64,000 nucleotides of DNA from an uncultured Pseudomonadota bacterium (GTDB taxonomy: Bacteria > Oederibacteriota > Muellerivitia > Muellerivitales > Muellerivitaceae). The stretch spans positions 1 through 64,000 of the forward strand of contig CAWJKT010000006.1 of assembly GCA_963843375.1 (NCBI GenBank), given 5' to 3'. Shown here piece by piece: positions 1 through 11,233 of the stretch; position 1 is the stretch's first letter; every line of letters starts with the position of its first letter. The notes below the pieces were generated by a model. That model was not told the DNA's origin and ran no database searches. It was given only the letters and a program-made list of their open reading frames with translations. The translations under genes were made by a program, and so were the position numbers.

Positions 1-240
1 AGCAATTACAGCATCCACCACCTGCCGGGAGAACCGGAAGCAGCGATCGTGGTCCATCAGGCCTCCGACGTCTCTAAAGCCCCGGCCTTCATGACCTCCG
101 ACCCCATGAACGGTGAAATGGAGGCCACGGGTGTGATAGGCTTGGAAATCTGGTACGGAGTCAGAATTTGGAAGAAGGACTATTTTAATAAACTCTCAAA
201 AAAACCATTTAAACCACCACAGGCCCAGAGCGAGGAGTAA
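1..240 (+). CDS. 3' end of hypothetical protein (truncated at window edge)
   Basis: Open frame from position 1 to TAA at 238-240, 2 bp before the next ATG. Confidence 0.5.
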   Translation, partial: SNYSIHHLPGEPEAAIVVHQASDVSKAPAFMTSDPMNGEMEATGVIGLEIWYGVRIWKKDYFNKLSKKPFKPPQAQSEE

Positions 241-242
241 AC

Positions 243-1026
243 ATGCAAAACACTGATAAAACCCAACCACCAGTAACGGACAAACCCCTGGCAGTCCCTT
301 CCTATTCCAAGTGGTCCTCGCCGGAGTTGATGAAGCTAACTCCTAACGAATTCATGCAAGCCCTTTATCATCGCGCCAAGGATATCGGCGACGACCTTTA
401 CGATTCGCGGACTTACGAATTCATGACCTGGACCCGGAAGTTTACCGCGAGAACCTGGTCGCTTACATCCGCCGCCGGGCCTGGACCGAATGGTATTTCG
501 GCACCGTGGCCCAGGCCCGGGAGATCACGCTTTTGCCCGAGAACCAAGTCGACCTGAAGTTGAGGCTGGCCAGGCAGATCCAGGATGAAATGCGGCATTA
601 CGATGTCTTCGCCCAGCAACTTCGCCGTTTTGGCTCGGAGCCCCGCATCGCCGATTTCTGCTACCGGAAATCCTCGTCCAAATGCAAAAGGTCCAAATGG
701 AGGCCGAAACGGCTTCGGAAATCGCCGCCGCCAACCAGTTCGCCGGAGAAATCGTGCTTTCCTCCATGACGGACCTGGAAACCAGCATTTTCAAGCGGTT
801 GTTCGATGAGGAGCTGATGAACGCCATTTACGACATTGAAAAGGACGAACCCCCCCATATCGCCAACGGGAAGGACTTGATTCTTTTGGACTCCGCGACT
901 TTCGAGCGGAGGCGGAAATTGGCCCCGGCCCAGGAAAAGTACCTCGGCTACATGATGCAGCTCCACGTGACCGAAATCGTGAAGCTGGGATGCCGCCGCC
1001 TCAACCCCTTGCCGGTTTTTAATTAA
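243..1026 (+). CDS. Ferritin-like diiron-carboxylate protein, split by two apparent frameshifts
   Basis: ORFs 243-557, 506-769 and 682-1026 join into one protein with two ExxH motifs (QDEMRH, KDEPPH). Confidence 0.65.
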
Positions 1027-1838
1027 AACCCAAAGTAATTGATTTTTTAAAAAATAATCTTTTGCTTTTATCTTTTTTGGTACCCTTAGTGCCTTTGTGG
1101 TTAATTGGATTTTTAACTTCGGTGACAAACTCGGTCAGGTGGTTAAAGTATTCCCCCCAAACCGACAATCCGAACTTAAAACCGGATAGCACCTCTTCCA
1201 GTCCGCCGTTATTTTCAGCCTCTTTCGCCATTATCGCGGTGATTTCCCTGACATGGTCTTCCTCCAGAACCAGGTGTTTCTCGAAATATTCCTGGTCCGC
1301 CCGGGAAAATGGGGTTTCAGGACCGAATAGATCCGGGTCAAGGCGGGTTGGGCCAGATATTCCCCGGCAGCCAGGGCGCCCAGTACGGCTCCGGGGCTTT
1401 CGGCGTTTTTAATGTAATCAGACAAACGGATTCGCCATTCCGAGGCGAAACCATTTTCGGTGATGGAAGAAAGGTCGATGCCCGCAGTCAAAAGAAACTT
1501 TCGGTAAATGGCGTAATGGGTTCGGCCGAGATCCCCTTCCCCGCATTCCTGGTACAAGTTCACTGCCAGAACCGTGCGGGCTTCCTCGTTCGTCGTTCGC
1601 GCCGTCCCCGCCGCAATCAATGCCGGGAAACTTTTCCGGGCGTCAAAGGTGACGAGAAATTTCTCGGACATCTCCGTATCAATAGAATCTTCTTTCCAAA
1701 CCCTGAAAAACGGGCATCCTTCATGAAGTTGTCAATCAACCCATTAAGGTCATTCTTCAATTTTGTTTCAGGGGCCATACAGGGGACCTTTTCGAGCGCC
1801 AGAAAAAGATGATTATAAAGTTTGTATTTCGCCGTCAT
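1019..1838 (-). CDS. Heme-oxygenase-like diiron (iron-containing redox, PqqC/CADD-like) enzyme, two apparent frameshifts
   Basis: Joined frames give NLYQECGxxxxxxTHY, GALAAGE and YFEKHLVLEEDH motifs. Confidence 0.65.
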
Positions 1839-2076
1839 CGAAAAGCCCAGTCCCCATCAGAGCTTCTGGGGGGCGTGGCAATCTCGGTTAAAAACTAAAG
1901 CATAAATCTGAAATTCTAATTGGCCCTAAGGCCAAACTCCCACTAGCTTGACGAAAATCGAACCTATCGGCTTTGCTCCTTGGAATGACAACTAAGAAAG
2001 ACCCGGTTAGTATAATCTGGATCGAATTCTTTGGACCGATAATGTTTATAACTTTAAGAAATTAAAACTTCGCGGG

Positions 2077-3041
2077 GTGAAGGTGAAATTTAATTACTTT
2101 CTTTTTATCTTATCACTGTTGGTGAATTCCATAACCGTCTGTTCCTACAGCGCTTCGAAAACCTCGGCGCCTCCCGCTACCCCAACCCCATCCGCCCATT
2201 CCTATTTGGCGCAGTGGGGGAAGCTGGGCCCTGGCAAGGGACAATTGTGGGGCGCCTTTGGCATCGCGGTTGGTCCAAGCGGCAACGTTTATGTGGCGGA
2301 TTACGTCAATGACCGCATTGAGGTGTTCGACTCCTCAGGGGTTTATGTCAACCAATGGGGTTGCAAAGGCACCGGAACCCTTCAGTTACACCATGCTTTG
2401 GGCGTGGCCTTGGATCCCATGAAAATGTGTACGTCGCCGATACATTGAACAACCAAATCAAGAAGTTCAATTCCACCGGGGTCTATATCACCCAGTGGGG
2501 AGAATACGGGAATGGGAAGGGCCAGCTTTTCAATCCCACTTCCCTTTCAATTGGCAAGGACGAAACCGTCTATGTCGTGGATTCGGCCAACAACCGTATC
2601 CAAGAATTCACTTCCACCGGAACCTATTTAAATGGATGGGGCGAACTGGGCGCTGGAAAGGGTCAATTCGATTCGCCCAACAGCATTGCGGTGGACTCCG
2701 GAGGAAATGTTTATGTTTCGGATTTTCACAACAACCGCGTCGAGAAATTCACCCCTTCCGGGGCGTTCATCTCCCAATGGGGAAAGGTCGGAAAAGAAGA
2801 TGGTCAATTCAGCAGTCCCGATGGAATCGCCGTCGACCAAAAGGATCATGTCTATGTGGTGGATTCGGACAACAACCGGGTACAGGAGTTCACTTCTGAG
2901 GGAGACTATATAACCCAATGGGGCGTGTCCGGCAAAGGGAATGGGCAATTTTCCATGCCCGCTGGCGTTGCGGTGGATGGGAAGGGTAATCTATACGTTG
3001 TGGACTGGGGCGCCGACAGGATTGAAAAATTTGGTCCCTAA
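2077..3041 (+). CDS. Secreted NHL-repeat beta-propeller protein (one frameshift near 2415)
   Basis: Signal peptide; repeated GQFxxPxGIAVDxxGNVYVxDxxNNRVQxF units across ORFs 2077-2448 and 2355-3041. Confidence 0.8.
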
Positions 3042-3081
3042 CAAGTTTTCCAAAAATTAATTTACCAACAGGAGCTTTCAA

Positions 3082-3588
3082 TTGCCCCGAGCGAGAATAG
3101 TTGAAATCAAGTCAAGCCTCAGCCTGGAAATCGGCAAGGAGGCCCTGAAAGAATTCGAGATCCCCGTGGCTGATCGCGGCATTCGATTCAAGGACAACAT
3201 GCAATGGCCCGACCAATACGTCGTCACTTGGATAGACGCGCTGCATTTTAAAATCGCCAATTGGGTTCATCCCATGGGTTTATCTCCCAGAGATTATGGG
3301 GAGGACGAATTTTGGGAAGTGGAAATTTCCGGGGACGCCGCTCAGCCCGTATTTAGGCTTCAAAAACATCCCGTTAATTTCAAAAATAATATTTTGATCT
3401 TTTTGGTATTGGTTTTGGCCAGCGCCGTTTCAATCCGTGGAAAGCTCATTTCGGAACCCTTCATCGTCTTGGGCTGGTCTATTCTATTTGTTGTTTTTTT
3501 CTTCCGAACCTTTATTTTTGAGGATGAAACAACTCTTTGTGTTCGATACCTCGAAAGACTTTTAAACCCGGAAAAAAATTCAAAATGA
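3082..3588 (+). CDS. Hypothetical membrane protein
   Basis: 168 aa ORF with upstream AGGAG and two C-terminal hydrophobic segments. Confidence 0.6.
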   Translation: MPRARIVEIKSSLSLEIGKEALKEFEIPVADRGIRFKDNMQWPDQYVVTWIDALHFKIANWVHPMGLSPRDYGEDEFWEVEISGDAAQPVFRLQKHPVNFKNNILIFLVLVLASAVSIRGKLISEPFIVLGWSILFVVFFFRTFIFEDETTLCVRYLERLLNPEKNSK

Positions 3589-3649
3589 AGGTTTCATTGA
3601 ACTGACGCCGGGGTCGCTTAAATTCCAGACACCTTGGGTTTATAACTAA

Positions 3650-3735
3650 TTTAGAATTGTGACGGTTTTGGGTCCTTGTTTGGCCGTCAATTCGAATTAG
3701 GCCAAGTAAGGCCCCAAAACCGTCACAATTCTAAA
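3650..3735. repeat. 86-bp inverted repeat (36-bp arms, 3 mismatches)
   Basis: TTTAGAATTGTGACGGTTTTGGGTCCTTGTTTGGCC-N14-GGCCAAGTAAGGCCCCAAAACCGTCACAATTCTAAA. Confidence 0.85.
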
Positions 3736-4196
3736 CTCAAGAGTTTTCCAAAGACGGCCAGAGAGGCACATTTGAGCCTTTTCCCGGGTCTAAAATTAGA
3801 AACCGTTTCTGCGAATAAAAAAATAAATTTTTGCCGGTCTTTGGAATAAAACCATGTCGATCAAACACTAATCTTGTTAAGGGAAGTGCAGGAGGAACGA
3901 AGTCGGGTTTAAAGATCTTCCGTGTTTGTTCTTTTGAAAGCGGACTGCGATCCATCTTGGGGTATTCTCAATAAAAAATGTTTTAGCTCCTTCGTTGCTG
4001 GCCCCTGAGGAACCGATACGGTTCACCCAAGTTAAAACGATTTTTTCCCACACCCCTTCCGGGAAAGGTTTTCGGCCCCTGGCCCCTGGCATGGCCTCGC
4101 TTCTGCTTGTGGTGGTCAGGGTGGGCGAGGAAAATTTTCATCGGGAAACCGCTGGTTTTGAGGTAATGGAGAGGCTTGAAAAAATGAAAATTCAAA

Positions 4197-7100
4197 ATGG
4201 TCCACATATTTTTGCTTTCGGTATTTCTTGGTGCTGGCACCAACCTTTGGGCCCAAACATGCACGGTGGACGCCACCGTTACGAATCAGTATATCCATTG
4301 TATCGGGGCGTCCAGCGCCTGGAGCAGCTTCAGCGCCGTCGGGGGGCAGGCGGTATTCGGCATCGACAATGTGAACGGGCATCTCGGCCTCTCCTCCCTG
4401 CGGACACGCATCGACCCCACCGCGGTCGGTGGCAACACCAGCGCTTGGAACAGCGAACTGAACAACGTCACTGCTGCCCACGCAGCCAACCCCAACGTCC
4501 TTTGCTGGAGCACCGAATGGTCGCCCCCGGCTGAATACAAGGGCAACGATAACGTCGATGGCGGCACGGCCAGCGCGACCTTCATGGGCTCCGTCTCCGG
4601 CGCCCCCAACAGCGACGACACGGGCTACGCCGCTTACCTGGCCCAATACGCCCAATACTGCGTCAACTATACCGGCGTGACCCTATATTCCATCTCGCCC
4701 CAGAATGAAGCCAATTTCAACCCCACCTATGAGGCGTGCACCTGGGTCGCGGGCCAGTTCGATGTTTTCGTGCCCTGCATGGCCGCTTCCATCGCGGCCG
4801 AGGGATTATCCACCCGGGTCATGATGCCGGAGCCGGATAATGAATATGGCATGAACCTAGCAAGTACTTGCATGGACGACCCGAACTGTGCCAAAGACGT
4901 CAGCATCCTGAACACCCACCTTTACGGTTCTTACTACGGAATTCCCTCTTCCTTCGGCTTCACCTATTGGACGACGACCACGAACCCCGTGAGCCCGGAG
5001 TGGTGGGAGACGGAGATAGATGACTCCCCCACCACCACTATGGCAGGAGGCATGGCGGAGGCCGCTCAAATCCACCAGTCCCTGGTCGAGGGCCAAATGA
5101 ACGCCTTCCATTACTGGTGGTTCGATGACCTGATCAATAATAACGAGCTTACCACCTTGGCCTATGTCCTGGGCCAATACGCCAAGTTCATCCGACCCGG
5201 CTATTACCGCATGGGGGCCACCGAAGGCCCCCAGGCCGGCGTGACGGTGAGCGCCTACAAGGACACCAACAATTCCTCGCCCGCCACCTTCGTGATCGTG
5301 GCCATTAATTACAACGCCAATACGGTGAACCAAACTTTCAGCCTGAACGGTCTCACCACCACTTCGGTCACGCCCTGGCTGACCGACGACACCTATGGCG
5401 AAAGTGGAAACGGCTTGGTTCAACAGGCCGCCGTGCCCGTTTCGGGAAACAGCTTCACTTATACCATGCCGGTTTCCAGCGTGGTCTCCTTCGTGGGCGT
5501 CAACAACGCCGGCCCCACGCCCACCTTTACGACCACCCCCACGCCGGTGGTTTCCTCAACCTGGCGGGTGAACGCCGGGGGGCCCCAATATGTCAGTGCG
5601 TCCTCGGGACTCACCTGGGCGACGGATGAGAATTACAACGGCGGGACTACCATCGCGAGCGGGGGGACTGTCACTGGCACTAACGATTCCACCCTTTACG
5701 ACACCCAGCGTTACGGCAATGATTTCAGCTACGTTTTTAACGTTCCCGCCGGGAGTTACCAAATCACTTTGCTTTTCGCCGAAACCTATTCGGGAGATTT
5801 TGGGGTGGGAGACAGGGTTTTCAACGTTTTGGTGAATGGAGTCACGGTTTTAGTGAATTTGGACGTTTACGCCCAGGTGGGCGCGAATACGGCCTTGGAG
5901 GAGGTCATCAATAATATCGCACCCAGCGGAGGGGCGATCACCATTACCTTCATGGGTGGGACCAGTAAGGACACGAACGCCATGGTGGAGGCCCTCCAGG
6001 TCATCCCCCAACCTCCCACCCCCACCCCGACACCCACTTCTACCACCACGAATACCCCGACCCGGACGCCGACCAGCACCCCCTCGGTCACACCGACCAA
6101 AACGCCCACCAGTTCGATGACGGCTAGCGCGACAGCCTCCAGCACTCAAACACCTACTTCAACACCGAGCTGGACGCCCTCCCTCACCGCAAGCAAAACG
6201 GCAACCGCCACCCCGACAGATACAGCCACCAACACCGCTTCCCTAACGCCAAGTGCTACATTGACGGCTTCGCCGTCAAGGACTGCTTCGGCCACACCCA
6301 CCGACACCCTGGTCAATACGCCGACCAACACATTAGCCAGCACAGCCACTCCAACCGCCACGGCTACGCCCACTACTACTTTAACTAATACGGCTACCGA
6401 CACCCCTACCGCAACCAACTCAAACACACCTACCCACTCAACGACCGCGACCGCCTCGAACACGGCAACGAATGCCGCCACTATCACACCGACGAATACC
6501 CCAACGGCCACGGCTACTTACACCACTACTTCAACTCCGACGAATACCTTGGTCAACACGGCAACGAATACTACGACTTCAACAGCGACCCGGACATCCA
6601 CCTCAAGCCCGACATGGACTCCTACCTTCACTGCGACTTTCTCGCCGACCGTGACATGGACTTCGACGCCGGTGACAGTTATTGCTTCGCAAGGGGCAAA
6701 CCCTCCGGGGAATTCCATAGCGCTTCCAGGTTCGGCGGTCACCGTCCAGCAGATTGAAATCACCAATCCGGGAAGCAATAACGTGACCTTAACCAGTCTG
6801 ACCTTGACGGAAACGGGAAGTTCCACAACCGGAATCACCGGGGTGGAACTGGTTCAATACGGGACGGTTATTGAAACAGGGACTTTCAACGGAACAACGG
6901 CGACCTTGAACTTCAGCGGGGTGGTCTCACCGGGGAATGGAACCGCCACTTATCAGGTAGTCGTCACCTTCGCTTCCAGCGCCCCGACGGGGAACTACCA
7001 GTTCAGCGTGACTTCTGGTACTGGAACGAACGGCCAGCAGGTGCAATTCGCCAATTTGCCGGTATATGGGGCCATCGTGCAAATCGTTTCCGCCACGGCC

Positions 7101-7490
7101 ACGTTTACCGCCACCGCGACTGTGACCTTCACCGCCATTTTCACACCAACAGCCCAAGCGACTTCAACTTTTACAACCACCTCCACCAGTACGGTGACAT
7201 CAACTCCAACGAGTAACAAAGGGGTGGTGGTTTATCCCAACCCGGTCACGAGCCCGACAGTGAATATTTTTCCGCCCACCTATTCCGGAGTTTCCAACGT
7301 GGAAGTAGAAATCTTCACCCTGGCGTTCCGCAAGGTCTTGGACGAGACCTTCCCCAACGTGCCGGCGGGAACGCCCTTGAAGATCACCCTGGACGACCAA
7401 TGGGGCCATCCCCTAGCCAACGGCCTTTATTACGTGGTGGTCATCGTGAACGGCGAACGCTCTATCGCCAAATTACTCATCCTTCGCTAA
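4197..7490 (+). CDS. Secreted GH30 (glucuronoxylanase-like) + malectin-like domain + Thr/Pro linker + C-terminal sorting-like domain
   Basis: WSPPAEYK, SPQNEA and WETE motifs; RVNAGG..LLFAETY..RVFNV malectin signature; YPNP..FRKV..LANGLYY tail. Confidence 0.8.
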   Translation: MVHIFLLSVFLGAGTNLWAQTCTVDATVTNQYIHCIGASSAWSSFSAVGGQAVFGIDNVNGHLGLSSLRTRIDPTAVGGNTSAWNSELNNVTAAHAANPNVLCWSTEWSPPAEYKGNDNVDGGTASATFMGSVSGAPNSDDTGYAAYLAQYAQYCVNYTGVTLYSISPQNEANFNPTYEACTWVAGQFDVFVPCMAASIAAEGLSTRVMMPEPDNEYGMNLASTCMDDPNCAKDVSILNTHLYGSYYGIPSSFGFTYWTTTTNPVSPEWWETEIDDSPTTTMAGGMAEAAQIHQSLVEGQMNAFHYWWFDDLINNNELTTLAYVLGQYAKFIRPGYYRMGATEGPQAGVTVSAYKDTNNSSPATFVIVAINYNANTVNQTFSLNGLTTTSVTPWLTDDTYGESGNGLVQQAAVPVSGNSFTYTMPVSSVVSFVGVNNAGPTPTFTTTPTPVVSSTWRVNAGGPQYVSASSGLTWATDENYNGGTTIASGGTVTGTNDSTLYDTQRYGNDFSYVFNVPAGSYQITLLFAETYSGDFGVGDRVFNVLVNGVTVLVNLDVYAQVGANTALEEVINNIAPSGGAITITFMGGTSKDTNAMVEALQVIPQPPTPTPTPTSTTTNTPTRTPTSTPSVTPTKTPTSSMTASATASSTQTPTSTPSWTPSLTASKTATATPTDTATNTASLTPSATLTASPSRTASATPTDTLVNTPTNTLASTATPTATATPTTTLTNTATDTPTATNSNTPTHSTTATASNTATNAATITPTNTPTATATYTTTSTPTNTLVNTATNTTTSTATRTSTSSPTWTPTFTATFSPTVTWTSTPVTVIASQGANPPGNSIALPGSAVTVQQIEITNPGSNNVTLTSLTLTETGSSTTGITGVELVQYGTVIETGTFNGTTATLNFSGVVSPGNGTATYQVVVTFASSAPTGNYQFSVTSGTGTNGQQVQFANLPVYGAIVQIVSATATFTATATVTFTAIFTPTAQATSTFTTTSTSTVTSTPTSNKGVVVYPNPVTSPTVNIFPPTYSGVSNVEVEIFTLAFRKVLDETFPNVPAGTPLKITLDDQWGHPLANGLYYVVVIVNGERSIAKLLILR

Positions 7491-7561
7491 ATTTTAAATG
7501 GCTGTTTCTTTCAGGGCCAATCAATTTGAAAGAACGCAAGAGATTCGAGTAGAAAATCGTT

Positions 7562-7587
7562 ATCCACGACGGGGACCTGCATTGGAC
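7562..7587 (-). repeat. Cassette-boundary site 1
   Basis: ATCCACGACG-GGGACC-TGCATTGGAC. Confidence 0.85.
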
Positions 7588-7655
7588 AAGAAAAAACAAT
7601 TTAAGCTTGGGTTTTCCATTACGCTTTGAACAAAGTGCAACGGAAATTGATTGAA

Positions 7656-8324
7656 CTATTTGTTCGTGGAGCCGACGAAGGTTTTGGAGACTTGCCGGGG
7701 CCGTCGAACAGCTCTAATCTTTCCGGTTCTTTCTCCGCCGACGAAGAATCGGTCGCCGCCGTCGGATTCCAATCCCGTCACCAACATTCCATTGGGCATC
7801 TCCAGGTTTTCCAAAACCTCTCCCGTTTGGGCGTCGACCCGCCGTAATTCGCTTTCGCCCCCTTCCAGGTTGCCGTGCCAAAGCTCGTCGTCGACCCAGG
7901 TGACCCCAGTAACGAAACGGTTTGACTCGAGGGTGCGGAGAATCGTCCCGGTTTGGGGGTCAATTTGATATATCTTCCGGGCCTCATACTGGCCCACCCA
8001 AAGCGTGCCCTCTGCCCAGGCGAGCCCCGAGTCGTCCCCCTTCCCGGGAGCCGGGATGGTGCCAATCACCTCTCCGGTCTTTGGGTTGATCTTTCGGATC
8101 GTGCCATCGGACATCTGATAAAGATGCTTTCCATCGAAAGCCGTCCCCGCATAGGCCAACACGTCAATGGAGCGCGTTATCTTACCTGCGGCGGGGTCCA
8201 GGGCGTTCATTTTTTTCCCCGAGCCAAACCATACCTGCTCTCCGTCAAAGGTGACACCCGTTACCCTTTCGATGCTCGGAAAAGGCCCGTACTCCTGAAG
8301 AATTTCCGCTTTGGCTCGTTTCAT
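7656..8324 (-). CDS. Glutamine cyclotransferase-like beta-propeller protein
   Basis: GTAFDG, SGLAWAEGTLWVGQY and GLESDG repeats. Confidence 0.7.
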   Translation of the reverse strand: MKRAKAEILQEYGPFPSIERVTGVTFDGEQVWFGSGKKMNALDPAAGKITRSIDVLAYAGTAFDGKHLYQMSDGTIRKINPKTGEVIGTIPAPGKGDDSGLAWAEGTLWVGQYEARKIYQIDPQTGTILRTLESNRFVTGVTWVDDELWHGNLEGGESELRRVDAQTGEVLENLEMPNGMLVTGLESDGGDRFFVGGERTGKIRAVRRPRQVSKTFVGSTNK

Positions 8325-8333
8325 AATTCCATC

Positions 8334-9554
8334 CTATTCCACCGGCATTTGGTTGGGCAATAGCAGAAGTGACGTGATGCCCGGCATGGGCGGGGTCACC
8401 CAACGTTTCGCCCGCCCCTGGCCATAAGACTGTACCTTGCCCGCTTCCTCCAGCAACTCGAGCGATCTCTGGACAGTGCGCTGGCTGGAACCAAGCGCCA
8501 GTGCCAAAGCAGAACTTGACCAGAGCTCGCCGTCTTCCAGTAAGGCTAGCACCGCCCCCTGGGGCTCCTCGACGGGCCGGGCCAGAACGACAACATCGCG
8601 CGCACCCAAAGGGGTAAGTGCAAATCCTTGCTTCGTCGCTTTTAGTTCCGCCAGGCCTCTTAGCAATCCGCGTAGCCTCACCACCTCAACCCTCAACCGT
8701 AAACGGAAAGATTCATCGGATAGTTTCACCCCGAAAGTTTTCTCCATCAGGGCATCTCTGGGAACATCCCCGGGCCAGGCTTCCGCCAGCGCGCGCGCGA
8801 TGACGAACAGGGTCCGGCGCTTCGCGAGCGACACCATTTTTTGATGACCGCGTACGGCGTAGCAACATGTGTCCACAACAAGCTTTCCCGATTTGAGCAA
8901 AGCCTCCACCTCATCGAGCCGCAGTAGTTTTTCTTTCCCCAGCGAGAGAATCCTGGCCGCTGGAACTTCCAGAAGGCGGGCGGCGTTTTCAACCTCCGCC
9001 TTCAGTGCGGGTATCCCCGCATCCCGGGCGGCTTTTCCGGCCAGGGTAAAAATGGAACGCGCTTTGTTCGTCTCAAGTCTGCGCATAGCGATTCCCGCGG
9101 CCAGGAGGTGATGGACTGCCTTCAAGGCGGGCGGAAAAGTCTCGGGATTAAGCGCCTTCTGTGCCTGCTCCGCATCCCCTAGCCGTCCGACGAGAAGAAG
9201 CTTCCTTATTTCGATATACCGTGCGTGGGCGGCATTCACCCAGTCGCCATGTTCTTCAAGTGTCGCCCTTGCGACAGCGAGCAGCTTCGCGGATCCGTTC
9301 AGGTCACGCGAGGCAAGCGCAACCTCGGCCTCGGCCACCACGCACCGGGCGCGGGCCACTCCCTCTTTGGGGCCGAAAGCCGACACTGCTTTTTTCAAGA
9401 GGGTTTTTGACTTGACGAAATCGCCGAGCTGCGCCATAGCGATGCCTCGAAGGGCAAGCGCGGGCGCGTCATTCCTTAAGGCAACGCGGTTAAGCGCTCC
9501 AAAGGCGTCACCCGCCGCGAGGGCTCGCGCCGCGGCGTTGATGATTAGGTCCAT
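8334..9554 (-). CDS. Helix-turn-helix domain transcriptional regulator
   Basis: N-terminal AAARALAAGD..ALRGIAMAQLGD; C-terminal HTH WSSSALALALGSSQRTVQRSL; start taken at MDLII. Confidence 0.75.
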   Translation of the reverse strand: MDLIINAAARALAAGDAFGALNRVALRNDAPALALRGIAMAQLGDFVKSKTLLKKAVSAFGPKEGVARARCVVAEAEVALASRDLNGSAKLLAVARATLEEHGDWVNAAHARYIEIRKLLLVGRLGDAEQAQKALNPETFPPALKAVHHLLAAGIAMRRLETNKARSIFTLAGKAARDAGIPALKAEVENAARLLEVPAARILSLGKEKLLRLDEVEALLKSGKLVVDTCCYAVRGHQKMVSLAKRRTLFVIARALAEAWPGDVPRDALMEKTFGVKLSDESFRLRLRVEVVRLRGLLRGLAELKATKQGFALTPLGARDVVVLARPVEEPQGAVLALLEDGELWSSSALALALGSSQRTVQRSLELLEEAGKVQSYGQGRAKRWVTPPMPGITSLLLLPNQMPVE

Positions 9555-9682
9555 CGGAATCCCGCCATACTTGTAACTCCCGGTCATCGTCAATCGATGA
9601 TTATTATTACCACAAGTTGAAACAAAAACGCCGCCGGGAGGATGATTAGAACGACGGCTAAAAATAAAAAAGGAGAAAAGTC

Positions 9683-10405
9683 ATGAATATCGCAAATAAG
9701 TCGGTCTTAATCACAGGCACCAATCGGGGAATCGGCAAGGCGCTCGTCGAAGAGGCCCTGCGCCGGGGCGCGAAGAAGGTTTACGCAGCGGCCCGGGGTC
9801 CGCAACCGACGAGCGACAAGCGCGTCACGCCGCTGATCCTGGACGTGACAAACGAGGCCCAGATTCAGGCGGCTGTGGAGGAAATCAAAACCCTTGATAT
9901 CCTCATCAACAACGCCGGCATCGCCCTCTACGACAACTTGAGCGACCCCCAAGTGCTTGAAAAGCACTTTGCCGTCAACCTTTTCGGGCCGCTGCGCATG
10001 ATCCAGACATTCCTGCCGCTTCTCAAGCTTTCCCATGGCGCGGTGGTGAACAATCTGTCCATCGTGGGACTCGCCGCCCTCCCAATCGTCCCCTCCTACT
10101 CGGTCTCCAAGGCGGCCTTGACCAACCTGACTCAGTCCATGAGGGCCCTATTGGCCGCGAAGGGGGTGACGGTCCACGGTGTTTTCTTGGGCCCCGTCGA
10201 TACCGACATGAACCGGGGTTTTGATATCCCTAAGGCCACGACCCAGGCGGCGGCCGAGGGCATTTTTGACGGTCTGCAAAAGGGCGAGGAAGATATCTTC
10301 CCCGATCCGGTCTCCCAGACCATCGCGGAAGCCTGGCGCTCCGGCGCAATCAAGGCCATGGAACGCCAGTTCGCGGGGTTCGCCGGGGAGCCCGTCAAGG
10401 CATAA
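9683..10405 (+). CDS. Short-chain dehydrogenase/reductase
   Basis: TGTNRGIG, NNAG and YxxSK motifs. Confidence 0.9.
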   Translation: MNIANKSVLITGTNRGIGKALVEEALRRGAKKVYAAARGPQPTSDKRVTPLILDVTNEAQIQAAVEEIKTLDILINNAGIALYDNLSDPQVLEKHFAVNLFGPLRMIQTFLPLLKLSHGAVVNNLSIVGLAALPIVPSYSVSKAALTNLTQSMRALLAAKGVTVHGVFLGPVDTDMNRGFDIPKATTQAAAEGIFDGLQKGEEDIFPDPVSQTIAEAWRSGAIKAMERQFAGFAGEPVKA

Positions 10406-10566
10406 GCCAAGAAAGAACCGGGGCCACATCGGATCGCCGCACTGACGACGAAGAGAGCGTGAATGACTCAGTCAACACCGATTTAGCCCTCACCACGCTC
10501 CCTCACCAACCCACATCGTGATGTCAGCTCACGGATATAACCCTCAAACAAAAAAAGGAGATAGCC

Positions 10567-11025
10567 ATGAAAAACCAAAATTTAAAAAACAGCTTTACGG
10601 TCAATCAAACCCCGAAAGAAGTCTTCGACGCCATCAATAACGTTCGGGGATGGTGGTCAGGAAACCTGGATGGCGTCACCAACAAGCTTGGCGGTGTGTT
10701 CACATACCGTTACAAAGACATGCATTATTCCAAGCAAAAGATCACCCAATTCATTCCCGAAAAAAAGGTCGTTTGGACGGTTTTGGACAGTTACTTGTCC
10801 TTTGTTGAGGATAAAACCGAATGGAACGGCACCAAGGTCATTTTTGAAATCATCCAAAAATGGGGCAAGACCAAAGTCCGCTTTACCCACCAAGGTTTGA
10901 CTTCCCAAGTGGAATGTTTCGATGCCTGTAACGACGCATGGGGCTCTTATATCAAGGGCAGCTTGAAAAACTTGATCACCAAGGGCAAAGGGCAGCCCAA
11001 CAAGATAGAAGCCGTCCAGGTCTAA
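10567..11025 (+). CDS. SRPBCC/AHSA1 domain protein
   Basis: VFDAI..WW..EWNGTKVIFEI..TKVRFTHQGL..EC..C..W. Confidence 0.85.
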   Translation: MKNQNLKNSFTVNQTPKEVFDAINNVRGWWSGNLDGVTNKLGGVFTYRYKDMHYSKQKITQFIPEKKVVWTVLDSYLSFVEDKTEWNGTKVIFEIIQKWGKTKVRFTHQGLTSQVECFDACNDAWGSYIKGSLKNLITKGKGQPNKIEAVQV

Positions 11026-11071
11026 CAAGGTGTTGAAAAAGTCCGTCTTTAGACTTTTTATCATCCTGTTA
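11023..11071. repeat. Short MITE-like inverted repeat
   Basis: TAACAAGGTGTTGAAAAAGTC-N8-GACTTTTTATCATCCTGTTA. Confidence 0.5.
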
Positions 11072-11233
11072 AGGAATCGGGAGAACGGGTGACATCTCGG
11101 CAGGGTTCGCCCGGCGCGGAGGGAGGCTATTACCTTATCCATCGCTGAGCGAACGCCTGTCGAAGACCTGGCAGTTTTTTGATAGGAGTGCAGTATATAA
11201 CAAAAGAAATAAAAATTAACAAAGGGGAGAATC

